DNA from: a virus
Taxonomy: Duplodnaviria > Caudoviricetes
Direction: 5' to 3' (one strand)
DNA length: 48,550 nucleotides
Virus record (IMG/VR): IMGVR_UViG_3300006810_014097
Span: 1-48,550 of that record
The notes beneath the pieces were generated by a model. The model was not told the origin of the DNA and ran no database searches. It was given only the letters and a program-made list of their open reading frames with translations. The stretch's first letter is position 1; the number at the start of each line of letters is the position of its first letter. Position numbers and translations under genes: made by a program. This document shows positions 10,578 to 19,162 of this stretch, piece by piece.

Positions 10578-10891
10578 CTAGTCCTTCTTATGGATGACGG
10601 AAAGCGCTTCTCGCTCCATCACGCGGATGTCTGCGAAAAGGTCTTGCCATCGGGATTTTGGGATTTGCTTGATGCGGAACACGTCGACGAGGACGGAATA
10701 GTCGAGCCCGGTGGGGCCCGACATTCCGATTCGCCATTGAGTTGCAAGCTCGCTGAAGACGGCCAGCGGCTCGGCGCAGTCGGGGTAGACGCCGATCACG
10801 TCATCGCCCATGTCCTCCAAGGTCAGGCCGAAGAACGCCAGAGCTTCGGCGTCCTCGCCCTTCTCGTAGAGTGCGCCGGCCGCCTTGGTTA
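10578..10891 (-). CDS. Tail assembly chaperone GT extension (DUF1799-like), reached by -1 frameshift
   Basis: The -1 frame is open from GGGAAAC into ORF 10578-10820 (TQWRIGMSGPTGLDY...IRVMEREAL). Confidence 0.85.
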
Positions 10892-11275
10892 GTTTCCCAG
10901 GCGGGCCGGGTCGAGGCCGTCGAAGTAGGCCTTGGTGATAGCGTCGTGGATGGCCTTACCGCCATTCAGCAGCCGGCGAACCGACTCCTTGGACAGCACG
11001 TCTTCGAACTCCCAGGCCTCAATCATGTCCAGAATGCGCTCGACCTCCAGGCCGATCTGGGCATTTACCAAAGCCGGCAGGCCGGCCTCCTTGCCTTCGT
11101 ACTTCTTGTGCAGATCCTCGCCGCGCTTGCGCCACTTCTCGCTCAGCTCGGCCGCTTCCGTGCGAGTGCGATACTTGAAGATCATCCCGACCTCGATCTT
11201 CTCGCCGCCGGCGCGATGGATGCCTACCTTCGCCTCGAAGGTCGGGTTCTGCTCGATCTTGAACTTGGCAGCCAT
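10889..11275 (-). CDS. Tail assembly chaperone (G-like)
   Basis: MAAKFKIEQNPTF...ARLGN; lies between tail tube and TMP; ends on a slippery site. Confidence 0.88.
   Translation of the reverse strand: MAAKFKIEQNPTFEAKVGIHRAGGEKIEVGMIFKYRTRTEAAELSEKWRKRGEDLHKKYEGKEAGLPALVNAQIGLEVERILDMIEAWEFEDVLSKESVRRLLNGGKAIHDAITKAYFDGLDPARLGN
10892..10898 (-). other. Programmed -1 ribosomal frameshift site G GGA AAC
   Basis: X XXY YYZ heptamer immediately before the TAA of the chaperone; lambda G/GT arrangement. Confidence 0.85.
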
Positions 11276-11284
11276 GTGGATTCC

Positions 11285-11932
11285 TTAGGCGTTGTAACGG
11301 GTCGGTTGGCCGGAGAGCGAGTAGCTCAGGGTGCGGGTCATCAGCTGGTCGCGCGTGGTGGTCGGCGTCTTGCTGAAGGTCGCGTAGCCGTTGTAGAGGA
11401 TGATGTCGCCACCAGGCAGATTCATCCGCAGACCGGCAACGTTACGCGAGTCGTCGATGGCGTCAGCGACAGGCACAAACGGCTGGGTCGAGTCGTCGGC
11501 AACCACCAGGTTCATGGCCTGCGCACTGCGGGTGGTAGGAAGTTGACGCTGGTCAGAGTCTTCGAGGAAGGCGAACTGATAGAACTGCTGCTCGCCGCCA
11601 CTGGTGTTGGTGTCGGTAATCTGCGACACGCGTACGAAAGCAGTGATCTCGCGACAGGTTCCGGCACCGCCAGCCGCCGGATAGCGCACGGTGTCGGTGG
11701 TGTCGATATCTTCCAGTTCGAAGGTGTCGGTAGTAACCCCGGCAACTCGGAAGAGCCGGCCATTGAGAGGGGTCCAGCCGGTGGTCAGTTCGATAATGGC
11801 GCCGTTACTCAGACCGTGCGCCACGGCACCGACGACTGCAGGGTTGGCGTTGCTGATAGTTGCGACGGTGATCGGCGAATCGTAGGTCGACGCCAGGTCG
11901 AAGGTAGCGCCGTTCGGGAGACGAAAGCCCAT
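11285..11932 (-). CDS. Major tail tube protein
   Basis: MGFRLPNGA...SGGEQQF...LED...QLPT...; GAGG SD; position upstream of the chaperones. Confidence 0.9.
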   Translation of the reverse strand: MGFRLPNGATFDLASTYDSPITVATISNANPAVVGAVAHGLSNGAIIELTTGWTPLNGRLFRVAGVTTDTFELEDIDTTDTVRYPAAGGAGTCREITAFVRVSQITDTNTSGGEQQFYQFAFLEDSDQRQLPTTRSAQAMNLVVADDSTQPFVPVADAIDDSRNVAGLRMNLPGGDIILYNGYATFSKTPTTTRDQLMTRTLSYSLSGQPTRYNA

Positions 11933-11951
11933 GATGTTTTCCTCATTCAGA

Positions 11952-11979
11952 AATGAAAAACCCCGCACTCGGCGGGGTT
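11952..11979 (-). terminator. Terminator-like hairpin upstream of the tail tube gene
   Basis: AACCCCGC-CGAGT-GCGGGGTT followed by TTTCATTT. Confidence 0.7.
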
Positions 11980-12000
11980 AGGTTGTGCCCGAACGGGCGA

Positions 12001-12417
12001 CTACGGGGTGTCCGCCCGGTACTGGCATGACACTGGAACTCGGGTGTATGGGGTGCCGACCAGGGCCGGCGCAGCGCTCATTGGCGAGCGAACGAATACG
12101 GAGAACGAACCGCTGGTCAGCTGAAGGTTGTTCGGGAACAGCGCGGCTAGTTCGTCCTCTATGCCACCAGCGGCAACCAGGCCAGTACCGGCAGGCTTGA
12201 CGATGGTCACTTGCCAGACGCCCTGATAGAGCTTGTGCGTGCCCGCCAGATCCTGGCTGTCGGTGGTAGCCGGCAGCAGGAAGCATTCGAGGTACGTCTC
12301 GCCAGACGTTGGTGTGAATGGCGCGTCCTGATAGGCCACGCGAAGTGCCGGCGTTCGCGCTGCGGCCCAGTTATTCAGGCGAGTCTCGTAGAGGTTGCGA
12401 ATCAGCTTGTTGCTCAT
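12001..12417 (-). CDS. Tail terminator protein (DUF4128-like)
   Basis: Position before the tail tube; YQGVWQVTIV...VPVSCQYRAD. Confidence 0.8.
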   Translation of the reverse strand: MSNKLIRNLYETRLNNWAAARTPALRVAYQDAPFTPTSGETYLECFLLPATTDSQDLAGTHKLYQGVWQVTIVKPAGTGLVAAGGIEDELAALFPNNLQLTSGSFSVFVRSPMSAAPALVGTPYTRVPVSCQYRADTP

Positions 12418-12989
12418 TGCGGCAGGCTCGCTACGGCGCGGTTAACGAAGGTCTGGAACTCGGCGACACTGATGCGGACCATTCCGCTCGGCGCTTGGCT
12501 TGACCAGCCTTCGAACTCGAGGCGCGGCCCATACGGAAGGTTGTTCACCGCCCATATCGTGCCGACTTCGTAGGTGAAGCCGAGCACCACCTGGCTCGCC
12601 GCCGACTTGGTGCTGTCGCCCTGGGGGTCAATGCGCTCCAGTTGTCCGGTCGCTTTGGTGTCGAAGGTCACCTGCCAATTGCCACGGAACCGGCCACCCA
12701 CGTAGCCGTCCTGGCTGATGATGTCCATGCTGTCGTTGACCTTCAGTCCGCGCTTGAGTCGTCCGGCTTTGGTCAGGTTGTTCGGGTCGTCACGCAACGA
12801 TGCGTTGAAGCGCACCACCTCAAGGTTGTACTCGCGGGCGGTCTGGTTTACCGCCCACAGCTCCGGGTTGCCGACCGGTGAGCGGTCGATCACCGCCGAT
12901 ATCAGGTCGATGGCCGTCTTCTGCACAACCTGCTCGGTATTGCCCTTGGCCTTCTCGATGAACTCGGCCAGCTGCAGGCTGAAGCTCAT
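12414..12989 (-). CDS. HK97 gp10-like tail completion protein
   Basis: SPVGNP...GRFRGNWQV...NNLPY...LEF-GWS-QAP-GMVR. Confidence 0.85.
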   Translation of the reverse strand: MSFSLQLAEFIEKAKGNTEQVVQKTAIDLISAVIDRSPVGNPELWAVNQTAREYNLEVVRFNASLRDDPNNLTKAGRLKRGLKVNDSMDIISQDGYVGGRFRGNWQVTFDTKATGQLERIDPQGDSTKSAASQVVLGFTYEVGTIWAVNNLPYGPRLEFEGWSSQAPSGMVRISVAEFQTFVNRAVASLPQ

Positions 12990-13372
12990 TTGCGGGCCTG
13001 CACGTAGAAGAAGCAGGCCAGGCCGGCGTAATCGCCCGGGTCGCAGCGCTGGACGGTATAGGTCTCGCCGTCGAAGAGCACCTTATCGAGCGTCTTCGGC
13101 TCCGGCATGTCGTCGCCGTTCAGCAGCACGGGCGAGACCATGAAACGCACGTCGCCGGCCTTGACCAGCGAACCGTCGATATCCTCCAGGCGGTAGTTCT
13201 CGCGCAGGCCAGATCCGGCGTAATCGGTGACCGTCTCGCTGCTACCGGTGTCCGGGTCGTACTCGCCTGGCACGGTGCGGCGCAGGGTCAGCTCCAGGCC
13301 TTTACCACCCTGGCTGCGCGGCGCAAGCTGTCGCGCTGCGGTAGCCTTGGCGCGGTCGTAGATGTCAGCCAC
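12986..13372 (-). CDS. Head closure / head-tail joining protein
   Basis: GEYDPDTG...IDGSLVKAGD...QARK; synteny; start uncertain (GTG 13372 or TTG 13378). Confidence 0.75.
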   Translation of the reverse strand: MADIYDRAKATAARQLAPRSQGGKGLELTLRRTVPGEYDPDTGSSETVTDYAGSGLRENYRLEDIDGSLVKAGDVRFMVSPVLLNGDDMPEPKTLDKVLFDGETYTVQRCDPGDYAGLACFFYVQARK

Positions 13373-13859
13373 GGACAAGCCTCACCTGATTGGAAGAGTT
13401 CATGAACGGGCCAAACTGCGCATAGGACTGGCGGGTTGCAGCAGGGCGCGAGATGTAGCTTTCAGCCTTTGCAAAAGTGGTGCTGATCGGGCCTACCTTC
13501 TCTGATTCAATGGCGCCCGTCTTCATCTCAGGCGGCGCCAGGTCGTCAGCGTGGATCTCTGTCGCCAGAGCCATCTGACCGGCCTTGATCTGCGCCGGGA
13601 TCGTGTTCGACGGCACCAGCCAGTTCTCGCGGTATACGTCGTAGCGCGGCCACGACAGGGCTTGCAGCTCACTGACCAGGCCGCCTTTCCATGACATCGC
13701 GCTCATCTGCAGAGCGGCACGACGCAGCAGGGCTTCCTGTGCGGTCGTGTCGCTGGGAATAGTGCGGCCGAAACTGGCCGCGTAGGTGACCAATTCGGCA
13801 GCCGTGGCGAAGCTTTCGGCGCCGGCCACAATGCTCCCGTCTTCGATCACCAGGGCCAT
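13365..13859 (-). CDS. Head-tail adaptor (DnaT-like family)
   Basis: MALVIEDGS...QALSWPR...IPAQIKAGQMALA...EKVGPI. Confidence 0.85.
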   Translation of the reverse strand: MALVIEDGSIVAGAESFATAAELVTYAASFGRTIPSDTTAQEALLRRAALQMSAMSWKGGLVSELQALSWPRYDVYRENWLVPSNTIPAQIKAGQMALATEIHADDLAPPEMKTGAIESEKVGPISTTFAKAESYISRPAATRQSYAQFGPFMNSSNQVRLVRG

Positions 13860-13861
13860 GG

Positions 13862-14179
13862 TTACACCTCAGTCCAGCCGAGACGCTTGTGATCGGCCAC
13901 GCAGCTGGGATGCACGCTCAGCAAATCTTCACCCTTGGCCATCTTGACCAGGTGATCATCCTTGGGCTTGGCCTGTTCCTTGGCAGCAGCTGCGGCAGTG
14001 GCCTGCTCGGCAGCCAGAAGTTTGGCTTCCTCGGTCGCGGCGTCGATAGCCTCTTGAGCCTTGGTCATGTGCTCGGCCTGCTGCTCACTGGTGAGCTTGG
14101 CGAACTCTTGCGAGCTAACGCCGCTGAGCTCGATGGCCTTGCTCTTGAGGGCCTTCTGTTCTTTGTTCAGTCCAGCCAT
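13862..14179 (-). CDS. Hypothetical virion/head-associated protein
   Basis: GGAG SD before MAGLNK; C-terminal VHPSCVADHKRLGW; directly after the capsid gene. Confidence 0.65.
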   Translation of the reverse strand: MAGLNKEQKALKSKAIELSGVSSQEFAKLTSEQQAEHMTKAQEAIDAATEEAKLLAAEQATAAAAAKEQAKPKDDHLVKMAKGEDLLSVHPSCVADHKRLGWTEV

Positions 14180-14234
14180 TTCAGTCTCCTGAAACAACGC
14201 AGGGGCCGAAGCCCCTGGTTGTCGCTGCGGTGGG

Positions 14235-15383
14235 TTAGCCCATCAGCACGCCGATGTGCTCCGGCTTGATGGCGCGGAAGCCCCAAGCCAGACGGACGTG
14301 GTAGACGGTCTGCAGGAACTGGCGGTACACGGCCACTTCGAACGACAGGCCAGTGCGCGGGTCGGTGATCATCATCACGTCATCGGCCGAGTCACCACCT
14401 TCCGGCAGGGCTGGGGCGCGAGTAGCGAGAACGATTGCCGAGCGGGCGAAAGCGACGTTCGGGGTGTAGCTGTTGCCGACAGTCAGCGCGTTGGCAGTCG
14501 GGATGGTCACGCGAGCACCAGGCTTGCCAAGGCTGATGGTGCCGGGTGCGGCGACACCGGTATTGACGATGTACTTGTTGGCCGAATCAGCCGCGAAGGT
14601 AACAACGTCACCGGCCAGCACAGTGCCGGTGCCCGTCACCAGGGCAACGTCGCTGACGCCAACAGCGGTGGAGCCGCTTGTTACGTAGCTGGCGCCAGTG
14701 CCCTTCGTGTGCACGCCGATCTGATGGGAGTGACGCAGGGCCATACCCATGATGCGGTCGGTCATGCCGTTGCGCAGCATGTCGCTGGAACCAGCCTCAT
14801 TGACCTTGAACAGGCCAGACTGCTTTCCGCGCAGGTTGCCGATAGCGGCGTGGCCCAGAGCCAGCTGCAGATCGTTGGTCGGCGCGCCGTTCTCTTCCAG
14901 AATGCGCAACACGCCAGCGAAATCGCTCATGTCTGCGGCAGTTCCGAACGGAGTGGTGCCGGCAGTGCCATAGGCGCGGCTGGCGTTCTTGTAGGCTTCA
15001 CCCCAGAGATCAGCCTCGATCTCGTTCACCAGAGTGCGCATCGCCTGATAGAAGCGGTCGGCCTGGATGGTGGAGAAAGTGCCTGCGTTCTGCAAGCCAC
15101 GGGTTTCCTCTCCGTTCCAGCGAACCGGGACGTGCTTGGACTTGGTGATCGATACCGCGACGTTATCGACGGTAGTGTCACCGGTGTTCGGCGCGGTTAC
15201 GCCGGGGGTGTTGTCAGCGGAGCTGGCAGCGGTGGTAACCGGAACCAGAACCTGCTGGTTCTGTGCTGCTCGCGCTACGTCGGAGCTGCGGGAGACAGCC
15301 GGAATGAAACCGGTCAGCTCGCGCGACACCACGTCGAGCGCTTCGTACATGTCGGGGATGAGCCCGGTGAGGGTGTTAGCCAT
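14235..15383 (-). CDS. Major capsid protein (P22 coat-like)
   Basis: 382 aa, MANTLTGLIP...ALDVVSRELTGFIPAV...IKPEH; follows the scaffold gene; AAGGAG SD. Confidence 0.92.
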   Translation of the reverse strand: MANTLTGLIPDMYEALDVVSRELTGFIPAVSRSSDVARAAQNQQVLVPVTTAASSADNTPGVTAPNTGDTTVDNVAVSITKSKHVPVRWNGEETRGLQNAGTFSTIQADRFYQAMRTLVNEIEADLWGEAYKNASRAYGTAGTTPFGTAADMSDFAGVLRILEENGAPTNDLQLALGHAAIGNLRGKQSGLFKVNEAGSSDMLRNGMTDRIMGMALRHSHQIGVHTKGTGASYVTSGSTAVGVSDVALVTGTGTVLAGDVVTFAADSANKYIVNTGVAAPGTISLGKPGARVTIPTANALTVGNSYTPNVAFARSAIVLATRAPALPEGGDSADDVMMITDPRTGLSFEVAVYRQFLQTVYHVRLAWGFRAIKPEHIGVLMG

Positions 15384-15397
15384 GATTGACTCCTTGA

Positions 15398-16153
15398 TCA
15401 GTCAGTAACGGTCCCGCCTTCCTTGAGGAATGACTGACGCTCTGACGCGCCCATCGCGTCGAAGGACTGGCGGTTAATGGTTTTCTTGCCGGATGGAGCG
15501 CCACCGCCGTTCGGTGCGCCGCCGCCATTGGCGCCGGAACCCTTAAGGATGTGGTCGCGGTAGGGGTACTGCTCAACGAGTGCGCTCAACGCTTCGTCGA
15601 AGTCGGCCAGCTCGCCGGGACGCTCACGACTGTAAATCTTGTTGCCGTGCTGGTCGTAGGCGACGGTCTTGCCGTCCTCGATTTTGAACGCCTGGCCGAA
15701 GCGTGCCTGTACGAGGTCTGCGGGAATGGCCAGCTTCTCGGCGATGAGCTTGGAGCGACTGAATGCGCCGCCGATTTTCTCTTCGTAGAGTTGCTGTTCG
15801 AAGGTCTTGGCCTTGGTGCCGAGCTCTTCCAGCTGGGCTTGATAGCCTTTGCTGATTTCACTCTTCACCCGCTCGATCTCACCGGCATCCACCAGCTTTT
15901 TCTGATCGAGATTTGCCACGATCTCCAGAGCCTTGCGCGCAGCGGCGCCGTCCTCGATACCCTCGAAGCCTTTCAGCAGCTTCTCAGCCGCCTCCTTGCC
16001 TTCACGGTGGGCCTTGGCTTCAGCGTTCAGCCGGGTGATCGTGGCAACGGTGCCAGGCGCATCGAATGCCACCTCTTTGCCGTCGTCGTGGATGTAAACC
16101 GGCTTGCCTTCCTGCAGTACCGCGTGACCTTGTTCGTCGAGCTTCAGTTTCAT
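15398..16153 (-). CDS. Capsid scaffolding protein (DUF6651-like)
   Basis: MKLKLDEQGHAVLQEGKPVY; coiled coil; Gly-rich tail and GGTVTD end; just upstream of the capsid gene. Confidence 0.85.
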   Translation of the reverse strand: MKLKLDEQGHAVLQEGKPVYIHDDGKEVAFDAPGTVATITRLNAEAKAHREGKEAAEKLLKGFEGIEDGAAARKALEIVANLDQKKLVDAGEIERVKSEISKGYQAQLEELGTKAKTFEQQLYEEKIGGAFSRSKLIAEKLAIPADLVQARFGQAFKIEDGKTVAYDQHGNKIYSRERPGELADFDEALSALVEQYPYRDHILKGSGANGGGAPNGGGAPSGKKTINRQSFDAMGASERQSFLKEGGTVTD

Positions 16154-16227
16154 GTGGTTCTCCGGGCATCCGCCCATCTGCTGAGCCATCCGGCCCGTGG
16201 CGCCCTACCCCATCCGGTACTCGGGCA

Positions 16228-16254
16228 TAAAAAAGCCCCGGCATTGCCGAGGCT
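16228..16254 (-). terminator. Rho-independent terminator
   Basis: AGCCTCGGC-AAT-GCCGGGGCT followed by TTTTT on the minus strand. Confidence 0.8.
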
Positions 16255-16300
16255 GGAAATCTGTGCTCTGTATGTCCCTTGTCCCAGGACGGCGGACAAG

Positions 16301-16326
16301 AAAAAGCCCGCTCAGTGGCGGGCTTT
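16301..16326 (-). terminator. Rho-independent terminator after the zinc-ribbon gene
   Basis: AAAGCCCGC-CACTGA-GCGGGCTTTTT. Confidence 0.8.
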
Positions 16327-16368
16327 GATGTTCGTTGGTGTTCCGGCTAAGCGACTGCTCCGGGCTTG

Positions 16369-16617
16369 CTATCCGATGACAACGCGCTCCCCCCGCATAA
16401 AACATGAAGCGCACAGCAACTGCTTCGTGCCGCCGCTCTTCTTGCCGGCCTTGATGGTCACGCCGGTCTTGGTTTCGATGACTTCCATTCCGCCGCATCG
16501 GTGGCAGCTGACGAAATCAGCCGGCCGCGACGCCTTGACCCGATCCAGCACGCGCTGTTTCGGCGTGTCTGTAGGTGGCGTTCCGTCGATTACGGTGAAT
16601 GGGTGCTTATCGGTCAT
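16369..16617 (-). CDS. Small CxxC...CxxC zinc-ribbon hypothetical protein
   Basis: CHRC...CASC; 82 aa between the minor head and scaffold genes. Confidence 0.7.
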   Translation of the reverse strand: MTDKHPFTVIDGTPPTDTPKQRVLDRVKASRPADFVSCHRCGGMEVIETKTGVTIKAGKKSGGTKQLLCASCFMRGERVVIG

Positions 16618-16626
16618 GCGGCGATC

Positions 16627-17742
16627 TTACGCCGCGATCCGCCCAAATGCAGCACCGTCGATCTCTCGCAGCTGGTCCAGGGTCAGCCATTGACCGGTTG
16701 GGCTGTAGAAGTCGGGAAGTTTCAGGCCGCCTTCACGCAGCAGCCTGGCGCGCTCCACGCCTAGCACCTGTTCCTGCCGTTCGCGCGACTGACGCTCCAG
16801 CCAGTCCGCATAGTTCATGCCGGCCGGCACTTGGCCGTCCATGCTTGCCCGTTCGCCAGGGGTCATATCGTCTACAGGGATGCCAAGCTCGCGCCAGGAC
16901 TTGGTCACGATGGCGTCAGTCGAACGGCATCCGAAGTGCAGCCGACCAGGCCCTTGCAGCCATGGCACCTTGTGGCCAATTGGCTTGTGGGCGCCGGCTG
17001 TGTAGTTCAGCTGGTCGCGGATGCGGCACATTGTCGACGTTTTGGTGTCCAGCGTGCTGACCCAGCGCACGGCCTTTACCACGTCCTCATTCGCTGCGGT
17101 GAACTGCTCACGCGCAGTCGCTGCCGTGTGGCTGATCGCCGACCGGACGATGGTTGCCAGCTCGTGCCGCGAGCGCTCAAGGAAGCCATCGGCGTATCCG
17201 TTTACCCGAGTTCCACGTATCTCGCTCACGATCTGCGAGACGGTCTTGCCCTCGATGTAGCCCTGGCGCACGGCGTTGCGCACCCTAGCCATGCGATCAG
17301 CTTCGACCGTCTTCACCCAGCCCCGCAGCAGTCGACCCTGGAATGGCCGCGACATCGCCGCGGCGTATGCCTGCTGCGCGCTGATCCTGGCAATCGGGAA
17401 GCGCACTTTCACCGGCTCCGGCAGCACCCTGTCAAACAGATCGAACTGCCATTGCGATTCGTAGCCGGCCAGTTCCTGCAGTTCGCCGGTAAGCTCCTGC
17501 TCGACGCGCCGGTATGCGTCGGCGTTGACCTCACGCACCGAACCAAGCAGCGATTCTAGCCGCTCAACGGTGAAAGACTCGGCCGGCATCAGATCCAGCG
17601 CCTGCATCAGCTGCGCGGCCAAGCTGGAATCAGTTCTATTCAGTAGCGCGATGATCCTGCGCACCACGCCAAGGCTGTACTGCTCAAGCGAGACCTTGTG
17701 CGCTACGGCCTCGTCCTGAAGAATCTCGTTGACGGTGGCCAT
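16627..17742 (-). CDS. Minor head protein (Mu F / SPP1 gp7-like)
   Basis: WVSTLDTKTSTMCRIRD...HFGCRS motif; follows the portal. Confidence 0.9.
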   Translation of the reverse strand: MATVNEILQDEAVAHKVSLEQYSLGVVRRIIALLNRTDSSLAAQLMQALDLMPAESFTVERLESLLGSVREVNADAYRRVEQELTGELQELAGYESQWQFDLFDRVLPEPVKVRFPIARISAQQAYAAAMSRPFQGRLLRGWVKTVEADRMARVRNAVRQGYIEGKTVSQIVSEIRGTRVNGYADGFLERSRHELATIVRSAISHTAATAREQFTAANEDVVKAVRWVSTLDTKTSTMCRIRDQLNYTAGAHKPIGHKVPWLQGPGRLHFGCRSTDAIVTKSWRELGIPVDDMTPGERASMDGQVPAGMNYADWLERQSRERQEQVLGVERARLLREGGLKLPDFYSPTGQWLTLDQLREIDGAAFGRIAA

Positions 17743-19160
17743 CAGAGCGTGCCGAGGCGCGGCCCTTGATCACTGATGCGCTGCTGCTCGTCTTCCCACT
17801 GGATGTCACCATTCAGCACACCACGGCGCTGCACCTCACGGAAGAGGGTCTCTATCGACAGGTAGTTGGAGTCAACCATGCCCTTCAGCAGCGGCAAAGT
17901 CGTCTCGGGGGCGTAATCCACGTCGAAGTTCCCGTTGACTTTAACGTGGCCGCCTTCAGCCTCGCCGATCCACAGCGCGAACATCTGCAGGATCTGGTCA
18001 ATGGCGTCTTCCAGCGTGCCTGCCATGGTCTCAAGCGGGCTCAACTCCTGGGCGGCCTCTTCCTCGGCCTGGGCGGCTGTCTTGGTCGCCTGCTTCTCCT
18101 TCTGGAGCAGCTTGGCGCCGGCCATGCGCATCTGGTCTTCCAGATCGAGCAGCGACTGGCGGCCAGCATCGATGGCCTTGCCGGTGTGCTCGACGAACTT
18201 CATGTCGCCTTCGCGTGGCAGGTAGGTAGCGGTAGAGCTGCCAACAGTAATTGCACTGCCTGGCGCGGCATCCTGACCTGGTGCATCCACACCGATGATG
18301 GCCAGCATCGGCACCCGAGCCACGTGCAGGATGTTGTCCTGATCGCTCTGGCTCTGCCAATGCTTGACGTTCAGATGCGCCACTTCCATCAGCGGCGGCG
18401 TTGCAGTCATGAAGCCGGTGCGCTTGGTGTAGTAGGTCACCAGCGGGATGATGTCGAGCGAGGTGGTACCGGTGCCGAACTGCACCCACTCGTCCTTTCC
18501 GCCCTGGCCTTTCTGCTTGCGGAAGGTTCGCCATAGACCGGGTTCCAGCACTCGAATCTGCTGGACCTGCTTCGTTCCGAACTCGTTTTCGGCGTCCTCT
18601 TCCTCGATCACTTCCATGTAGCGGAACTGGGTCAGGAACTCGGCGCCGTTGCGCGTCTCGGACTTCCAGCCCAGCACCTGGCCAGGCTTGATGATCACCG
18701 TGTAGGGGCGAACGCCGGCAGACATCTCGGCAGCGCGGGTCGGGTAGAGCTTGCGGCCTTCCTCATCCGTGGTCGACGGGTAATCTACCAGGGCGTGGCA
18801 CAGCCCGTTCGCCAGCGCCTCGGCGAAGTAGACCTGAGACCAGACCTGCAGGTTGTTGCCTTGCTGGTCGATGTTCTCGGCGTAGGCCTTGATTGCGTCA
18901 GACGAGTCGTCGCCCATGGTGATCGGTTCAGCGAAGACGCGGCCGGTCATGTTCTGCACGGTCTCGCTGTACGCCGGCAGTAGCGTCGAGCGCGCCAGAC
19001 GGTCCTTATACTCCTTCGCCTCTTCCTTCGGGAACTTGGGCAGCAGAGCTTCGCCGGCATCGCGCATGGCCTTGGTTCCACCCATCAAAGGCGCAACCAC
19101 AGCCAAGTCCTCGCGCATCGCTTTGACGGCAGGACTTACTGTGCTCGGGTCGTTGGCCAT
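17742..19160 (-). CDS. Portal protein (DUF4055-like)
   Basis: 472 aa directly after TerL; LMGGTKAMR...LPKFPKE...PPLMEVAHLNVKHWQSQSD. Confidence 0.9.
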   Translation of the reverse strand: MANDPSTVSPAVKAMREDLAVVAPLMGGTKAMRDAGEALLPKFPKEEAKEYKDRLARSTLLPAYSETVQNMTGRVFAEPITMGDDSSDAIKAYAENIDQQGNNLQVWSQVYFAEALANGLCHALVDYPSTTDEEGRKLYPTRAAEMSAGVRPYTVIIKPGQVLGWKSETRNGAEFLTQFRYMEVIEEEDAENEFGTKQVQQIRVLEPGLWRTFRKQKGQGGKDEWVQFGTGTTSLDIIPLVTYYTKRTGFMTATPPLMEVAHLNVKHWQSQSDQDNILHVARVPMLAIIGVDAPGQDAAPGSAITVGSSTATYLPREGDMKFVEHTGKAIDAGRQSLLDLEDQMRMAGAKLLQKEKQATKTAAQAEEEAAQELSPLETMAGTLEDAIDQILQMFALWIGEAEGGHVKVNGNFDVDYAPETTLPLLKGMVDSNYLSIETLFREVQRRGVLNGDIQWEDEQQRISDQGPRLGTL

Positions 19161-19162
19161 TC

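Noticed and set aside
9537-11956. Long plus-strand ORFs (451 aa and 361 aa)
   Set aside because: Antisense shadows of GC3-rich tail genes; no motifs
14256-15389. 377-aa plus-strand ORF
   Set aside because: Exact antisense of the major capsid gene
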